Of a stretch of DNA of 64,000 nt, positions 39,839 to 48,656 are shown piece after piece. Below the pieces are notes generated by a model, which did no database searches, had not been told where the DNA came from, and saw only the letters and a program-made list of their open reading frames with translations. Position 1 is the first letter of the stretch; every line of letters begins with the position of its first letter. The stretch comes from an uncultured virus (IMG/VR IMGVR_UViG_3300021958_000026). Lineage: Duplodnaviria; Heunggongvirae; Uroviricota; Caudoviricetes. The position numbers were made by a program, and so were the translations under genes. The stretch is from the IMG/VR virus record IMGVR_UViG_3300021958_000026. The stretch is one strand, 5' to 3'.

Positions 39839-40730
39839 CTAAATCTAACTCCAGTTGATGTTCTCCACTATCATCGTTTTCGCTTACATGAAATGGACAC
39901 TCAGGTGGTGGAGATTCTTCTTTATAAAACTTGCCTTTAGGTGTCCAATATTCACCTTTTCTATATCCACCACTAGTTAAATTTTCTGCTCTATCTGATT
40001 CAGATAGGCCTGGTTTTCTAACCCACTCATCCATTGTTGCACCTGTTCCATCTTCTTGTGAATGATGTGATGTAACGGATGACCTATTTTCTGTGAATGA
40101 TTTGTGGTCGTATTGAATATAACTTGCATTCCACTCTTCTCTTTTATATGGAATCACTTGACACAAAGGAGTTCCTTCTTTTATAGTAAATGAATGATTC
40201 ACCTTTGGATAAAAGATTATCTGTGCATTGTCCATATTCTTATTGAATTTATCGGTATCTATAATTCCTTGCCAAGTTGCAAAGTATCTATTTTGAAAAA
40301 GAAAGGGGTCTAAGTAAAAACAAGAATAGCCTGGAGGTGTAACTACGTTCCATGGATTTCTCATTTTAAAGGCATCTTTAATCGGGCCTTCATTATCTAA
40401 GTATTGAAATGCACCTGCCATTTGTTCTGAGGGGTGCGAAGGTGATGCATAATCACCATTATCTACAACATGACCTCTAGAATGGTCATCATTAGTTTCA
40501 GGAGTTCTTCCAAACTTAACATGCAAATCTCTATTTGCAATTAAATACCACCCACTCTTTAACCAATCATCCATAGCAGGACATGCACGAATAGTAGTCG
40601 TCTTCTTATTTCTAACGTCCATTCCAACTTTAGCACGTTTCCACCAATGTGGTTGGTATTTTCTTGCTAAAACAGGTCTAAAGTTTTTTGTTGTTTCAGT
40701 ATCGTATGTTGTGAACTCTATCGTTGGCAC
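39828..40730 (-). CDS. Conserved hypothetical protein (DUF6065-like beta fold)
   Basis: TIRACPAMDDW, NPWNVVTPPGYS, GIIDTD, IKEGTPLCQVIPYKRE. I recognise this type from oxygenase cassettes next to phage tail genes. Confidence 0.65.
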   Translation of the reverse strand: MPTIEFTTYDTETTKNFRPVLARKYQPHWWKRAKVGMDVRNKKTTTIRACPAMDDWLKSGWYLIANRDLHVKFGRTPETNDDHSRGHVVDNGDYASPSHPSEQMAGAFQYLDNEGPIKDAFKMRNPWNVVTPPGYSCFYLDPFLFQNRYFATWQGIIDTDKFNKNMDNAQIIFYPKVNHSFTIKEGTPLCQVIPYKREEWNASYIQYDHKSFTENRSSVTSHHSQEDGTGATMDEWVRKPGLSESDRAENLTSGGYRKGEYWTPKGKFYKEESPPPECPFHVSENDDSGEHQLELDLDGS

Positions 40731-41418
40731 TAAACATTTCCTCACTATCTATTAATTGAACCTCGTCACCTCTAAGAACAATTGACCTTCTGTCTACATA
40801 TTTTGCTTTAGGTGTTGGTGCATCTGCACCATGTGGTATTCTACCATCAAACATTAATAACCTATTAGGTTTGAATTCAACTTCACCTATCTGATGGTTT
40901 TTAATGTGTTCGTCTCTACCTTGAAGTCCAAACTGTGGTTCATCATAAAATCTTAAATTTCCACCCCACTCCTTGTTCCAAAATCTATTATAGTAATATA
41001 AAAAAGATAGATTCCATTCATCATGGTCAGCACAATCAGAGTGAGTGGTTCCATGTAATCCTTGTGTCTGACTATTCAATCCCATGTATTGAAATCTAAT
41101 CCACTTAAATTGAAAGTCAGTTTGGATTCTTCGGTTAAACCATAAAGGTATATAGGAGTGATATTCATCTTGACCTTGTTCTAATCTTTCATCCTCTCTA
41201 AGAAAACTTGCACCCCAAAAACTATGATGTGGTAATCCTGTGGGATTTCTACTGCTTACTTGATTGGTCTTAGACCATATAGAACTATTGGTTAAAATTT
41301 TATCTATATGATGATGTAATTCTGTACATAGATAGTCATCAATTACATAGATTTTTTTAAGTGGTAGTTCTGTGACCTTGAATGGTTCATCCAAGTACAC
41401 AATATCAAAATCAGACAT
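40696..41418 (-). CDS. 2OG-Fe(II) oxygenase (prolyl hydroxylase-like)
   Basis: HSD, SFLYY..W..EWGG, PNRLLMFDGRIPHGA, R-x-S. Confidence 0.85.
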   Translation of the reverse strand: MSDFDIVYLDEPFKVTELPLKKIYVIDDYLCTELHHHIDKILTNSSIWSKTNQVSSRNPTGLPHHSFWGASFLREDERLEQGQDEYHSYIPLWFNRRIQTDFQFKWIRFQYMGLNSQTQGLHGTTHSDCADHDEWNLSFLYYYNRFWNKEWGGNLRFYDEPQFGLQGRDEHIKNHQIGEVEFKPNRLLMFDGRIPHGADAPTPKAKYVDRRSIVLRGDEVQLIDSEEMFSANDRVHNIRY

Positions 41419-41419
41419 A

Positions 41420-41986
41420 CTAAGTCCTGGCTTGACTATCAGGTGCCTGTAAAGGTTGTGGAATTACACTAAGATACTCTTCGAAGTCTTTTAAGAAGTC
41501 TTCTCTAGTATTTAAAATCTCTTCTTCTACTTGTTGATAACAACACCAAAGGGCATCTATGTACTCTAAAACACGTCTTGCAGGTGACCTTGCAGGATGT
41601 GCTGAACCCTCTCTACCTGCAATAAGAACTTCAACTTCATTATCAAAACCATATGCATTACATTGATTATTAACATTTTCATGACACATGTCATTAAGAC
41701 GTTTTAGGAATTGGTTGTTTAAAGAATAACCTATAGGAGGTTCAGAGTTTTCTATGTATAACTCAATAGCATCTTTCTCTTCGTCATTAAGTTTTATGTG
41801 GTCTTGACTATCAAACCCTAAACTATCGTCCCATTTAAGAACCTTGACTTCGATGTCTGAATACACCAGCATGTCATATTCAAAACCTAACTCAGGTGCA
41901 TCTACATTTTCAAAACTGTATGAGAGACCATTAGGTTTGGTGATTCTCAATTCACCATTTTCTGTATATATTAATTCACTTTTCAT
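41420..41986 (-). CDS. Hypothetical protein, possible tail-fibre assembly chaperone
   Basis: Acidic; position downstream of fibre genes; C-terminal helical region. Confidence 0.5.
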   Translation of the reverse strand: MKSELIYTENGELRITKPNGLSYSFENVDAPELGFEYDMLVYSDIEVKVLKWDDSLGFDSQDHIKLNDEEKDAIELYIENSEPPIGYSLNNQFLKRLNDMCHENVNNQCNAYGFDNEVEVLIAGREGSAHPARSPARRVLEYIDALWCCYQQVEEEILNTREDFLKDFEEYLSVIPQPLQAPDSQART

Positions 41987-42002
41987 AAGTTACCTCTTTC
42001 AT

Positions 42003-42031
42003 ATTATAAACTATAATGTGGGATTTGTCAA
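42003..42031 (-). promoter_or_regulatory. Consensus sigma70 promoter driving the oxygenase cassette
   Basis: Perfect TTGACA-17nt-TATAAT followed by GAGG RBS and ATG 41986. Confidence 0.85.
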
Positions 42032-43581
42032 ACTAAAATTTCCCATCTTTTGTAAATATCTAAATTATTTATGTGGGAATAATCCATACTTTCTACCCAA
42101 GGCCCACCCCTTGTGTAATGAATACCGTTGAAATCCCATTTAGTTTCAGGGTCATCATACCCTTCTGTAAATATATATCGTTCAGGAATCTTACTGATTT
42201 TGTCCGTCCATTCAAATTGATGGAGTTGTTTTCCTGTCCAAGTGTTAACCACTTCAGGTGTTAATTTTTTACAATCTTCATGTCCATTGTTAAATATCAT
42301 TAGACTTGACCACAGTTTTTTGGGGTAATCGATATTTACCTCACCTTTAAACTTAGTGCCATCATGTTTGTATTGTGGATACTGAATACATGCAACAGCA
42401 TCATCAGGATTTAAATAATAGAACATAGGTAATAAACTTTTTTGAAAGATGAAGTCATCATCAATGAACATACTGAATCCTTCATAGTTCTCTAAGTATG
42501 GAATTAAAAATCTACTGTAAGTAAACTCAGTTGATTGATTTGCATACTCTCTAGTGTATTCAGGTATCTTTGAAACATCTAAGAACTTAACTTCAGGTTT
42601 AAATTTTACCTGTTCAATACAGTGACCATTACCAGTGTCCTTTTCGATGGTGTCTAATATAGATTTTTTTGCAATCTCAGGCAGGTCTCTGTGTCTACTG
42701 TCGTATCCAATATAGATATTGAATGGTTTACCTTTTGCAAGTTCTGTAACCTTTTTATTGAATTCATATACAACTGGACGAAACATACCTACGTTCATTA
42801 AGTTTGTATTATACTCTAATGCACCTTCAATAAGTGTAAAGGAAACATTATAGTGTCCATTGTCTTTATTTAATTCAGGTCTTGCATCAAGTTTGGTTTT
42901 CCAATACTCTATAAGTTCATCTACAGTAACAGCAGGGGAATCGATTGCATCATACTTATCTATGATACATAACTCCATATCAGGGTCACCCATTTCTTCA
43001 AATACTCCTGACCTAACAGAGCCTGGATGTATTCTTAATTGATATCTGCTATCTTTAACAAGTTCTACCACTTTACCTTGAATTGGTGCCCAAAGACCTT
43101 CTTTTTGAATACTTTGAGTTAACCAGTGTGCTTTTGCAGCATGGTAATACATTGAATGTAATGACTCTGCATCACTTTCTGTAGGAGTGTATCCATCATT
43201 CCATGTGACTTCGTTTTCAATATCTATGTACTCACCATCAAGTGTAATGGTGTCCATACCTGCGACACCTTTCTCTTCATTTCTTGGTTTGGTGGTGTAT
43301 CCTAAAGGTAGGAATTTATGATAACATGGTGCTTCATTTTTGAGACCGTTGAACAGTGACCACTTAGATGATTTGCGTTCCTTTTCAAAATCACCCCATT
43401 TAAAAATCTTAATTGGTGGAATGATTTCTTCCATGACATACTTCAGAATCTTATACGATTCTTTTTCAGAGTAATCTCTGTCTATGTCAATTTGTCCTAG
43501 ATGATAATACTTACCACTGAAATCCTCAACCTTTGAGAGGATTTCTTTTGCAATATCGTATTCCTTTAAATCAATAAACAT
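42028..43581 (-). CDS. Two-domain protein: unknown (weakly ParB-like) N-terminus fused to a GT-A glycosyltransferase
   Basis: C-terminal IYIGYDSR, STEFTYSRF, FIDDDF (DxD), WSSLMIFN, IHYTRGGPW. Confidence 0.8.
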   Translation of the reverse strand: MFIDLKEYDIAKEILSKVEDFSGKYYHLGQIDIDRDYSEKESYKILKYVMEEIIPPIKIFKWGDFEKERKSSKWSLFNGLKNEAPCYHKFLPLGYTTKPRNEEKGVAGMDTITLDGEYIDIENEVTWNDGYTPTESDAESLHSMYYHAAKAHWLTQSIQKEGLWAPIQGKVVELVKDSRYQLRIHPGSVRSGVFEEMGDPDMELCIIDKYDAIDSPAVTVDELIEYWKTKLDARPELNKDNGHYNVSFTLIEGALEYNTNLMNVGMFRPVVYEFNKKVTELAKGKPFNIYIGYDSRHRDLPEIAKKSILDTIEKDTGNGHCIEQVKFKPEVKFLDVSKIPEYTREYANQSTEFTYSRFLIPYLENYEGFSMFIDDDFIFQKSLLPMFYYLNPDDAVACIQYPQYKHDGTKFKGEVNIDYPKKLWSSLMIFNNGHEDCKKLTPEVVNTWTGKQLHQFEWTDKISKIPERYIFTEGYDDPETKWDFNGIHYTRGGPWVESMDYSHINNLDIYKRWEILV

Positions 43582-43620
43582 AATATAAACCGAATTGTTA
43601 AACTTACTAGTATTTAGTCA

Positions 43621-44448
43621 CTAGGAAATAGGTGTTGCAGGCCACTGTTGTGATAATTCACCATCCCATCTTGCAACTGGAGTTCTACCCTGTCTTGCAT
43701 AGGTAAACGGTTGTCTATGTTGATAGGTAAATGGTGTTTGACCTTGACGTGCATAAGTAAATGGTTGTCTATTTTGATAGGTGAAAGGTGTTTGACCCTG
43801 TCTTGCATATGTCACTGGTTGTCTATGCTGATAGGTGAAAGGTGTTTGACCCTGTCTTGCATATGTCACTGGTTGTCTATGTTGATATGTAAACGGTTGT
43901 CTTGCACTAGCAATATATGGGTATTGTCCATTTGCAATGTAAGGATACGGTTGTTGTGCATTAGCAATATAAGGCGATTGTGCATTTGCAATATATGGGT
44001 ACGGTTGTTGTGCTGATGCAATATATGGACTTTGTGCATTTCTAATGTTAGGTTCTTGTGCTGACCTTATATTTGGTTCTTGTGCAGACCTTATATTTGG
44101 TTCTTGTGCAGACACAGGGTTTCTATAGGTAAATGGTGACCTATAGTTGTATGTAAACGGTTGTCTTGCATTAGCAATATAAGGAACCCTATATGTAAAT
44201 GGTACTCTATAGGTAAACGGTTGTCTTGCATTAGCAATATAAGGCACACGATATGTAAACGGTGACCGATAAGTTACAGGTTGTTGTGCTGATGCAGGAT
44301 ATCTATTGGAATACGTAAATGGGTTTTGGAACGTAAACGGTTGTTGTGCTGATGCAGGATACCTAGCATTATAGGTAAACGGAGTCTGCACGTTTATCGT
44401 GCTTCTCGCATTTCCTGTTGTTATCGTCCTATAAAAACCTGTTGCCAT
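43621..44448 (-). CDS. Repeat-array fibre protein B (reverse-complement partner of A)
   Basis: Residues 21-254 are 30 units of 6/8/10 aa beginning [QR]xP. Confidence 0.8.
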   Translation of the reverse strand: MATGFYRTITTGNARSTINVQTPFTYNARYPASAQQPFTFQNPFTYSNRYPASAQQPVTYRSPFTYRVPYIANARQPFTYRVPFTYRVPYIANARQPFTYNYRSPFTYRNPVSAQEPNIRSAQEPNIRSAQEPNIRNAQSPYIASAQQPYPYIANAQSPYIANAQQPYPYIANGQYPYIASARQPFTYQHRQPVTYARQGQTPFTYQHRQPVTYARQGQTPFTYQNRQPFTYARQGQTPFTYQHRQPFTYARQGRTPVARWDGELSQQWPATPIS

Positions 44449-45282
44449 TTTACTTTATAATCCTCATTATTTCAATTGTTGTGGGAAGAAACCGCCACCG
44501 CCGCCACCACCACCGTAGAAGTATACAACATTCTGTCTGAAGTTATACGTATACGGTTGTTGTGCTGTACTTGGTTGTCTTGCGTTTGCAATATAAGGCA
44601 CACGATAGGTAAATGGGTTCCTTGCACTGTTTGGTTGTCTTGCATTAGCAATATAAGGTACACGATATGTAAACGGTGACCTAAATGCTACTGGTTGTCT
44701 TGCATTTGCAGGATACCTTGCACTATAAGTGAACGGTGTTTGACCGTTTGCTGGATATCGAGCATTTGCAGGATACCTTGCACTATAAGTGAACGGTGTT
44801 TGACCATTTCTAATATTAGGTTCTTGTGCAGACACAGGGTTTCTGTATGTAAATGGAGACCTATGGTTGTATGTAAACGGTGACCTATGTTGATAGGTAA
44901 ACGGTGACCTATGTTGATAGGTAAACGGTTGTCTGTTTTGATATGTGAAAGGAGTTTGTCCTTGTCTAGCATATGTTACAGGTTGTCTATGTTGATACGT
45001 AAATGGTGTCTGACCTTGTCTAGCATATGTAAATGGTTGTCTATGTTGATACGTAAATGGTGTCTGACCATTTGCAATATAAGGTGACTGTGCATTTGCA
45101 ATGTAAGGATAAGGTTGTTGTGCATCAGCAATATATGGTGATTGTGCATTTGCTATATAAGGATAAGGTTGTTGTGCATCTGCAATATATGGTGTTTGTC
45201 CATTTGCAATGTACGGATAAGGTTGTTGTGCATTAGCAATATATGGATACTGACCATTTGCAATGTACGGATAAGGTTGTTG
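43687..45282 (-). repeat. Coding tandem repeat arrays of genes B (43687-44388) and A (44581-45282)
   Basis: 18/24/30-nt units. Exact DNA duplications include 43775-43827 = 43829-43881 and 44702-44745 = 44762-44805. Confidence 0.9.
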
Positions 45283-45438
45283 AGTTAACTCTTGACCTGA
45301 AGCGTCATTCCAACCAGTAGGAGTTTTGATGTAAATTTGTTTTACAGCACTCCAAGTACCTTGTGCAGTTTTTACCCATGCACCTCTTGTAGCACTCCAC
45401 CCTGTAGGTGTTTTTACGCTTTGATTACCTGACGCCAT
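44467..45438 (-). CDS. Repeat-array fibre protein A with N-terminal VK-x3-W docking-like domain
   Basis: N-terminal VKTPTGW/WVKTAQGTW/IYIKTPTGW motifs; residues 53-286 are 30 repeat units; poly-Gly near the C-terminus. Confidence 0.8.
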   Translation of the reverse strand: MASGNQSVKTPTGWSATRGAWVKTAQGTWSAVKQIYIKTPTGWNDASGQELTQQPYPYIANGQYPYIANAQQPYPYIANGQTPYIADAQQPYPYIANAQSPYIADAQQPYPYIANAQSPYIANGQTPFTYQHRQPFTYARQGQTPFTYQHRQPVTYARQGQTPFTYQNRQPFTYQHRSPFTYQHRSPFTYNHRSPFTYRNPVSAQEPNIRNGQTPFTYSARYPANARYPANGQTPFTYSARYPANARQPVAFRSPFTYRVPYIANARQPNSARNPFTYRVPYIANARQPSTAQQPYTYNFRQNVVYFYGGGGGGGGFFPQQLK

Positions 45439-45472
45439 TTATGTTTTTATCCTCACTAATCTACGCAATTAT

Positions 45473-46990
45473 TTATGCGTAGTAAATCCACAAGTCACCA
45501 ACTGCACCATCACCTGATGAAGGTGTAGAAGTTGATTGATGTATATTCCTTGCAACAGCACCACTATTGTTGGCATAGTTTGTACTAATTTGTGTAAACT
45601 CTACGTTTGATGATGTTGAAACTGCCTGTCCGATACTTACCTGACCTGAAGAAACTGAAACACCAGTTCCTGCAGTGATTAATCCTTGTACTTCTGAATC
45701 TGTTCTTTCAGTAAATGATACTACACCAGTTGAACTGTTGTATGATAAATCACCACCAGCAGAGATTGAACCTCTTGCTCTTGCAGTAGTATGATATAAA
45801 TTGGTTGAGCCTTCAGAAACATCGTCTGTATCATGGTTTGAAATATCTGAAACTGTTCCAGTTACATCTCCAGTTAAGTTACCAATAAATGTTGCTGCAA
45901 CCATAGACTCTGAACCGACTGTCCATCTATCGTTGGTCTCATCCCATAAGAATGTTTTTGCAGCTGAACCACCTCTTGAGATACTTAAACCAGCATCTTG
46001 AGTAGGTGAACCTGATGTGAAATCAGAGTTTAAATTTAGAATGTTATCTGCAAGGTTGATTGTTTCTGAGTTAACAGTAGTTGTTGTACCTGAAACTGTA
46101 AGGTCTCCAGTAATTACAACTGTATCGTTAAGTGTAACATTACCTGTTCCATTACCACTTAATACTAAGTTAGTATCTGCACTTCTTGATGCAATTTGGT
46201 TTACACTGATATTGTTTCCAAACTCTACATCGTTACCTGCACTGTTGGTGATTGTTTCACCATCCAACATTTGAAGTGTACCTTTTGCTTGAATGATACC
46301 TGTACCTGATGGGTTGAACTCAATGTCACCACTACCAGCAGTTTTCATTTGAAGGTTTTGGTCACTGTCAGCAGAAACAACGATTGTTCCTGAACTATCT
46401 TCTAATACTTTTTGTCCGTTAACATAAAGTGACCCTGGCCCGACATATACGTCTCTCCATTGATACGATGCTGAACCTAAGTCGTAGGTAACATCTGCAC
46501 TTGGAAGAATATGTCCTGAAACTGTTGATGCACCTGTAAGTGTCATACCTGCAAATGAAGGTGAATCTGAAGTTCCTACTGCCTGACCGATACTAACTTC
46601 ACCACTTGAAACTGAAACACCAGTTCCAGCAGTAATTTTAGATTGAATTGTTGCATCTGAAATTACAAGGTCAACTGCACCGTCTCCTGCATCATCGTAA
46701 GATGCAGTAATGTTTGTATGTGAACCGTTGGTTACTAATTGACCACCAACTATATCTTGAATCTCTTCTTCTGTCTTACCAGTTGATGAAATCGTGATAG
46801 TATCGTTTGTATCATCATAGGTTACTGTGGTTGAACCTGAACCCTGAATAATACCACCGATTTTGTCTGCGATTGCTTCTTGAACGGCAGCACCAACACC
46901 ACTTGCAGTGATGTTACCTGAACTATCGATAACCTCTACGTTACCAACGGTCAGACCATTCTTGATTATAAAATTCTTTTCCCCTGCCAT
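45473..46990 (-). CDS. Tail fibre/spike-like structural protein
   Basis: G/S/T-rich; GDLTVSGTTTTVNS motif, EGSTNLY repeat, C-terminal PSSGDGAVGDLWIYY. Confidence 0.75.
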   Translation of the reverse strand: MAGEKNFIIKNGLTVGNVEVIDSSGNITASGVGAAVQEAIADKIGGIIQGSGSTTVTYDDTNDTITISSTGKTEEEIQDIVGGQLVTNGSHTNITASYDDAGDGAVDLVISDATIQSKITAGTGVSVSSGEVSIGQAVGTSDSPSFAGMTLTGASTVSGHILPSADVTYDLGSASYQWRDVYVGPGSLYVNGQKVLEDSSGTIVVSADSDQNLQMKTAGSGDIEFNPSGTGIIQAKGTLQMLDGETITNSAGNDVEFGNNISVNQIASRSADTNLVLSGNGTGNVTLNDTVVITGDLTVSGTTTTVNSETINLADNILNLNSDFTSGSPTQDAGLSISRGGSAAKTFLWDETNDRWTVGSESMVAATFIGNLTGDVTGTVSDISNHDTDDVSEGSTNLYHTTARARGSISAGGDLSYNSSTGVVSFTERTDSEVQGLITAGTGVSVSSGQVSIGQAVSTSSNVEFTQISTNYANNSGAVARNIHQSTSTPSSGDGAVGDLWIYYA

Positions 46991-47250
46991 TAGATACTAC
47001 CCCCATCAACTGTTGGTAATGAAAGTTCACCAGTAGATGAATTATAACTTAAATTTGATTCTCCAGTAGCAAGTGATATAGAACCTCTTGCTCTTGTGTT
47101 TGAAAAGTATTGATTCGTGGAACCTTCTGAAAGACTATCTGTGTCTAATTCTGATAATGCAGTTGCCTGTAGTTTACCTGAACTATTGATAACCTCTGTA
47201 GAACCCACTGTCAATCCGTACTCTATAACAAATGTATTCTGTGTTGCCAT
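46990..47250 (-). CDS. Short fibre-related structural protein
   Basis: Shares GLTVG..EVI and EGSTNQYF motifs with 45473-46990; ends DGGSI. Confidence 0.65.
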   Translation of the reverse strand: MATQNTFVIEYGLTVGSTEVINSSGKLQATALSELDTDSLSEGSTNQYFSNTRARGSISLATGESNLSYNSSTGELSLPTVDGGSI

Positions 47251-47319
47251 GTTTTGTGTGTCCTATAAAACTTAAAAGTGTGGTTTAACACTTGTATTTA
47301 TGAGTTTGTGATGTTTAAA

Positions 47320-48153
47320 CTACACCCCAATTTCAATTTTTTTAAACTTTATTGCAGTAGAGTTTGTAGAAGCAGGTGTAATTCTTAATCTCACATCCCC
47401 ACCACTGATATCAACACCAAAAGATACTAATTCACTCGTGGTTCCTGCAAGTACAGTACCGAATTGAGAGAAATATGCATTTGTACCATCGTGTAGTACA
47501 TGTATCTCAGTCATTTCGTAATCACCTGCAGTACTATCTGAAATTGATATAGTATATTTAACGGATCGATACGTTGAAGAAGACCATGTATCTAAATTTG
47601 TTTCAGAAGTTGATGTAGTTGTTACACTACCTTCACTAAGTCCACTTCCTGCATCTTGAAATGTTAATGTTCCACTGCCATTGGTTGTAAGAACCTGTCC
47701 GCTTGTTCCGTCTGATGTTGGGTATGATATACTTGCACCAGTGATACTGTTTGATACATTGAGTGTCGTTGCAGTTAAATCACCAACTTCTAGTGCTGCC
47801 TTTGCATATCCTGAACCTGTAGTGTCTACCGTTGTTCCTGGCTCGACTTCTAGACCATCAAAGAGTTTCCATGTGGAATCTGATGCATCTCTGAATAGAC
47901 CTGTATACTCACTTGCATCATCTGATAAACCATCATCATAGTTACCATAGAAACCAATATCTATAGTGTCACTAGAAGTGTTCTGATTTGCAAGTTCTAA
48001 TAAACTGTCTTCAACTGATGTGGTAGTAGAGTTAATGGTAATTGTCGTACCATTAACCGTTAAGTTTCCTGTAATTGTTGCGTTTCCATCAACACTCAAG
48101 TCACCGTTAGTTGCAAGTCCCAAGTCTGCAATAAGTTTATGTTTCGTTGCCAT
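47320..48153 (-). CDS. Virion structural/fibre protein
   Basis: GNLTVNGTT, PTSDGTSGQVLTTNGSG; C-terminal domain (YRSVKY..EIHVLHDG..QFG) paralogous to the next two genes. Confidence 0.7.
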   Translation of the reverse strand: MATKHKLIADLGLATNGDLSVDGNATITGNLTVNGTTITINSTTTSVEDSLLELANQNTSSDTIDIGFYGNYDDGLSDDASEYTGLFRDASDSTWKLFDGLEVEPGTTVDTTGSGYAKAALEVGDLTATTLNVSNSITGASISYPTSDGTSGQVLTTNGSGTLTFQDAGSGLSEGSVTTTSTSETNLDTWSSSTYRSVKYTISISDSTAGDYEMTEIHVLHDGTNAYFSQFGTVLAGTTSELVSFGVDISGGDVRLRITPASTNSTAIKFKKIEIGV

Positions 48154-48183
48154 TATACTATTTAGTCATTTTTACCGTGCATA

Positions 48184-48210
48184 TAAAAGAAGGGGGACAT
48201 AAAGTCCCCC
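48184..48210 (-). terminator. Intrinsic terminator
   Basis: GGGGGAC-loop-GTCCCCC hairpin followed by TTCTTTTA on the minus strand. Confidence 0.75.
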
Positions 48211-48232
48211 ATCTAGATTGCATTTTTTGATT

Positions 48233-48643
48233 TTATGCTTCGACTACTGTTCTATCGAATTTAATCACTGTAGAACTTGTGGATGCAGGTGTCACGAGCA
48301 GTCTTACGTCTGATCCTGAAATGTCTGCATCAAAGGTTGCTAACGAGTGTGATTTAAGTGTGCCATATTGTGTCATTGTTACACTACTTCCATCGTGAAC
48401 TAACACGATTTCAGTTGAGTGATACTTTGATCCTTCAGACATTGCAACGATATATCGTCCAGCTCTGTAATCTGATTTTGCAAAAGTATCAAGAGCAAAT
48501 TCGTCAGTAGAGGTTTTTGTTGCATTACCCCTCTTTTTGTTTTTGTCTTGAGTTACCTTATCAGTTACAATCTCGTCTGTATCAGCATCATATCGAAGGT
48601 GTCTAATCAATTCTGCAATTTCAAATGCTTTTGTCTTTGCCAT
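48233..48643 (-). CDS. Virion structural protein
   Basis: Domain YRAGRY..EIVLVHDG..QYG..DVRLLVTPA shared with neighbours. Confidence 0.7.
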   Translation of the reverse strand: MAKTKAFEIAELIRHLRYDADTDEIVTDKVTQDKNKKRGNATKTSTDEFALDTFAKSDYRAGRYIVAMSEGSKYHSTEIVLVHDGSSVTMTQYGTLKSHSLATFDADISGSDVRLLVTPASTSSTVIKFDRTVVEA

Positions 48644-48656
48644 TATTCATCTCCTC

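Noticed and set aside
43687..45282. CRISPR array or diversity-generating retroelement
   Set aside because: The repeats are in-frame coding units with synonymous variation and no unique spacers. No cas or reverse transcriptase gene is present in the window.
43621..45438. Multi-core RiPP precursor peptides
   Set aside because: Considered because of the adjacent oxygenases and glycosyltransferase. There is no leader/protease-site pattern or transporter, and the cross-gene mirror order plus fibre-type terminal motifs fit a structural role better. Not formally excluded.
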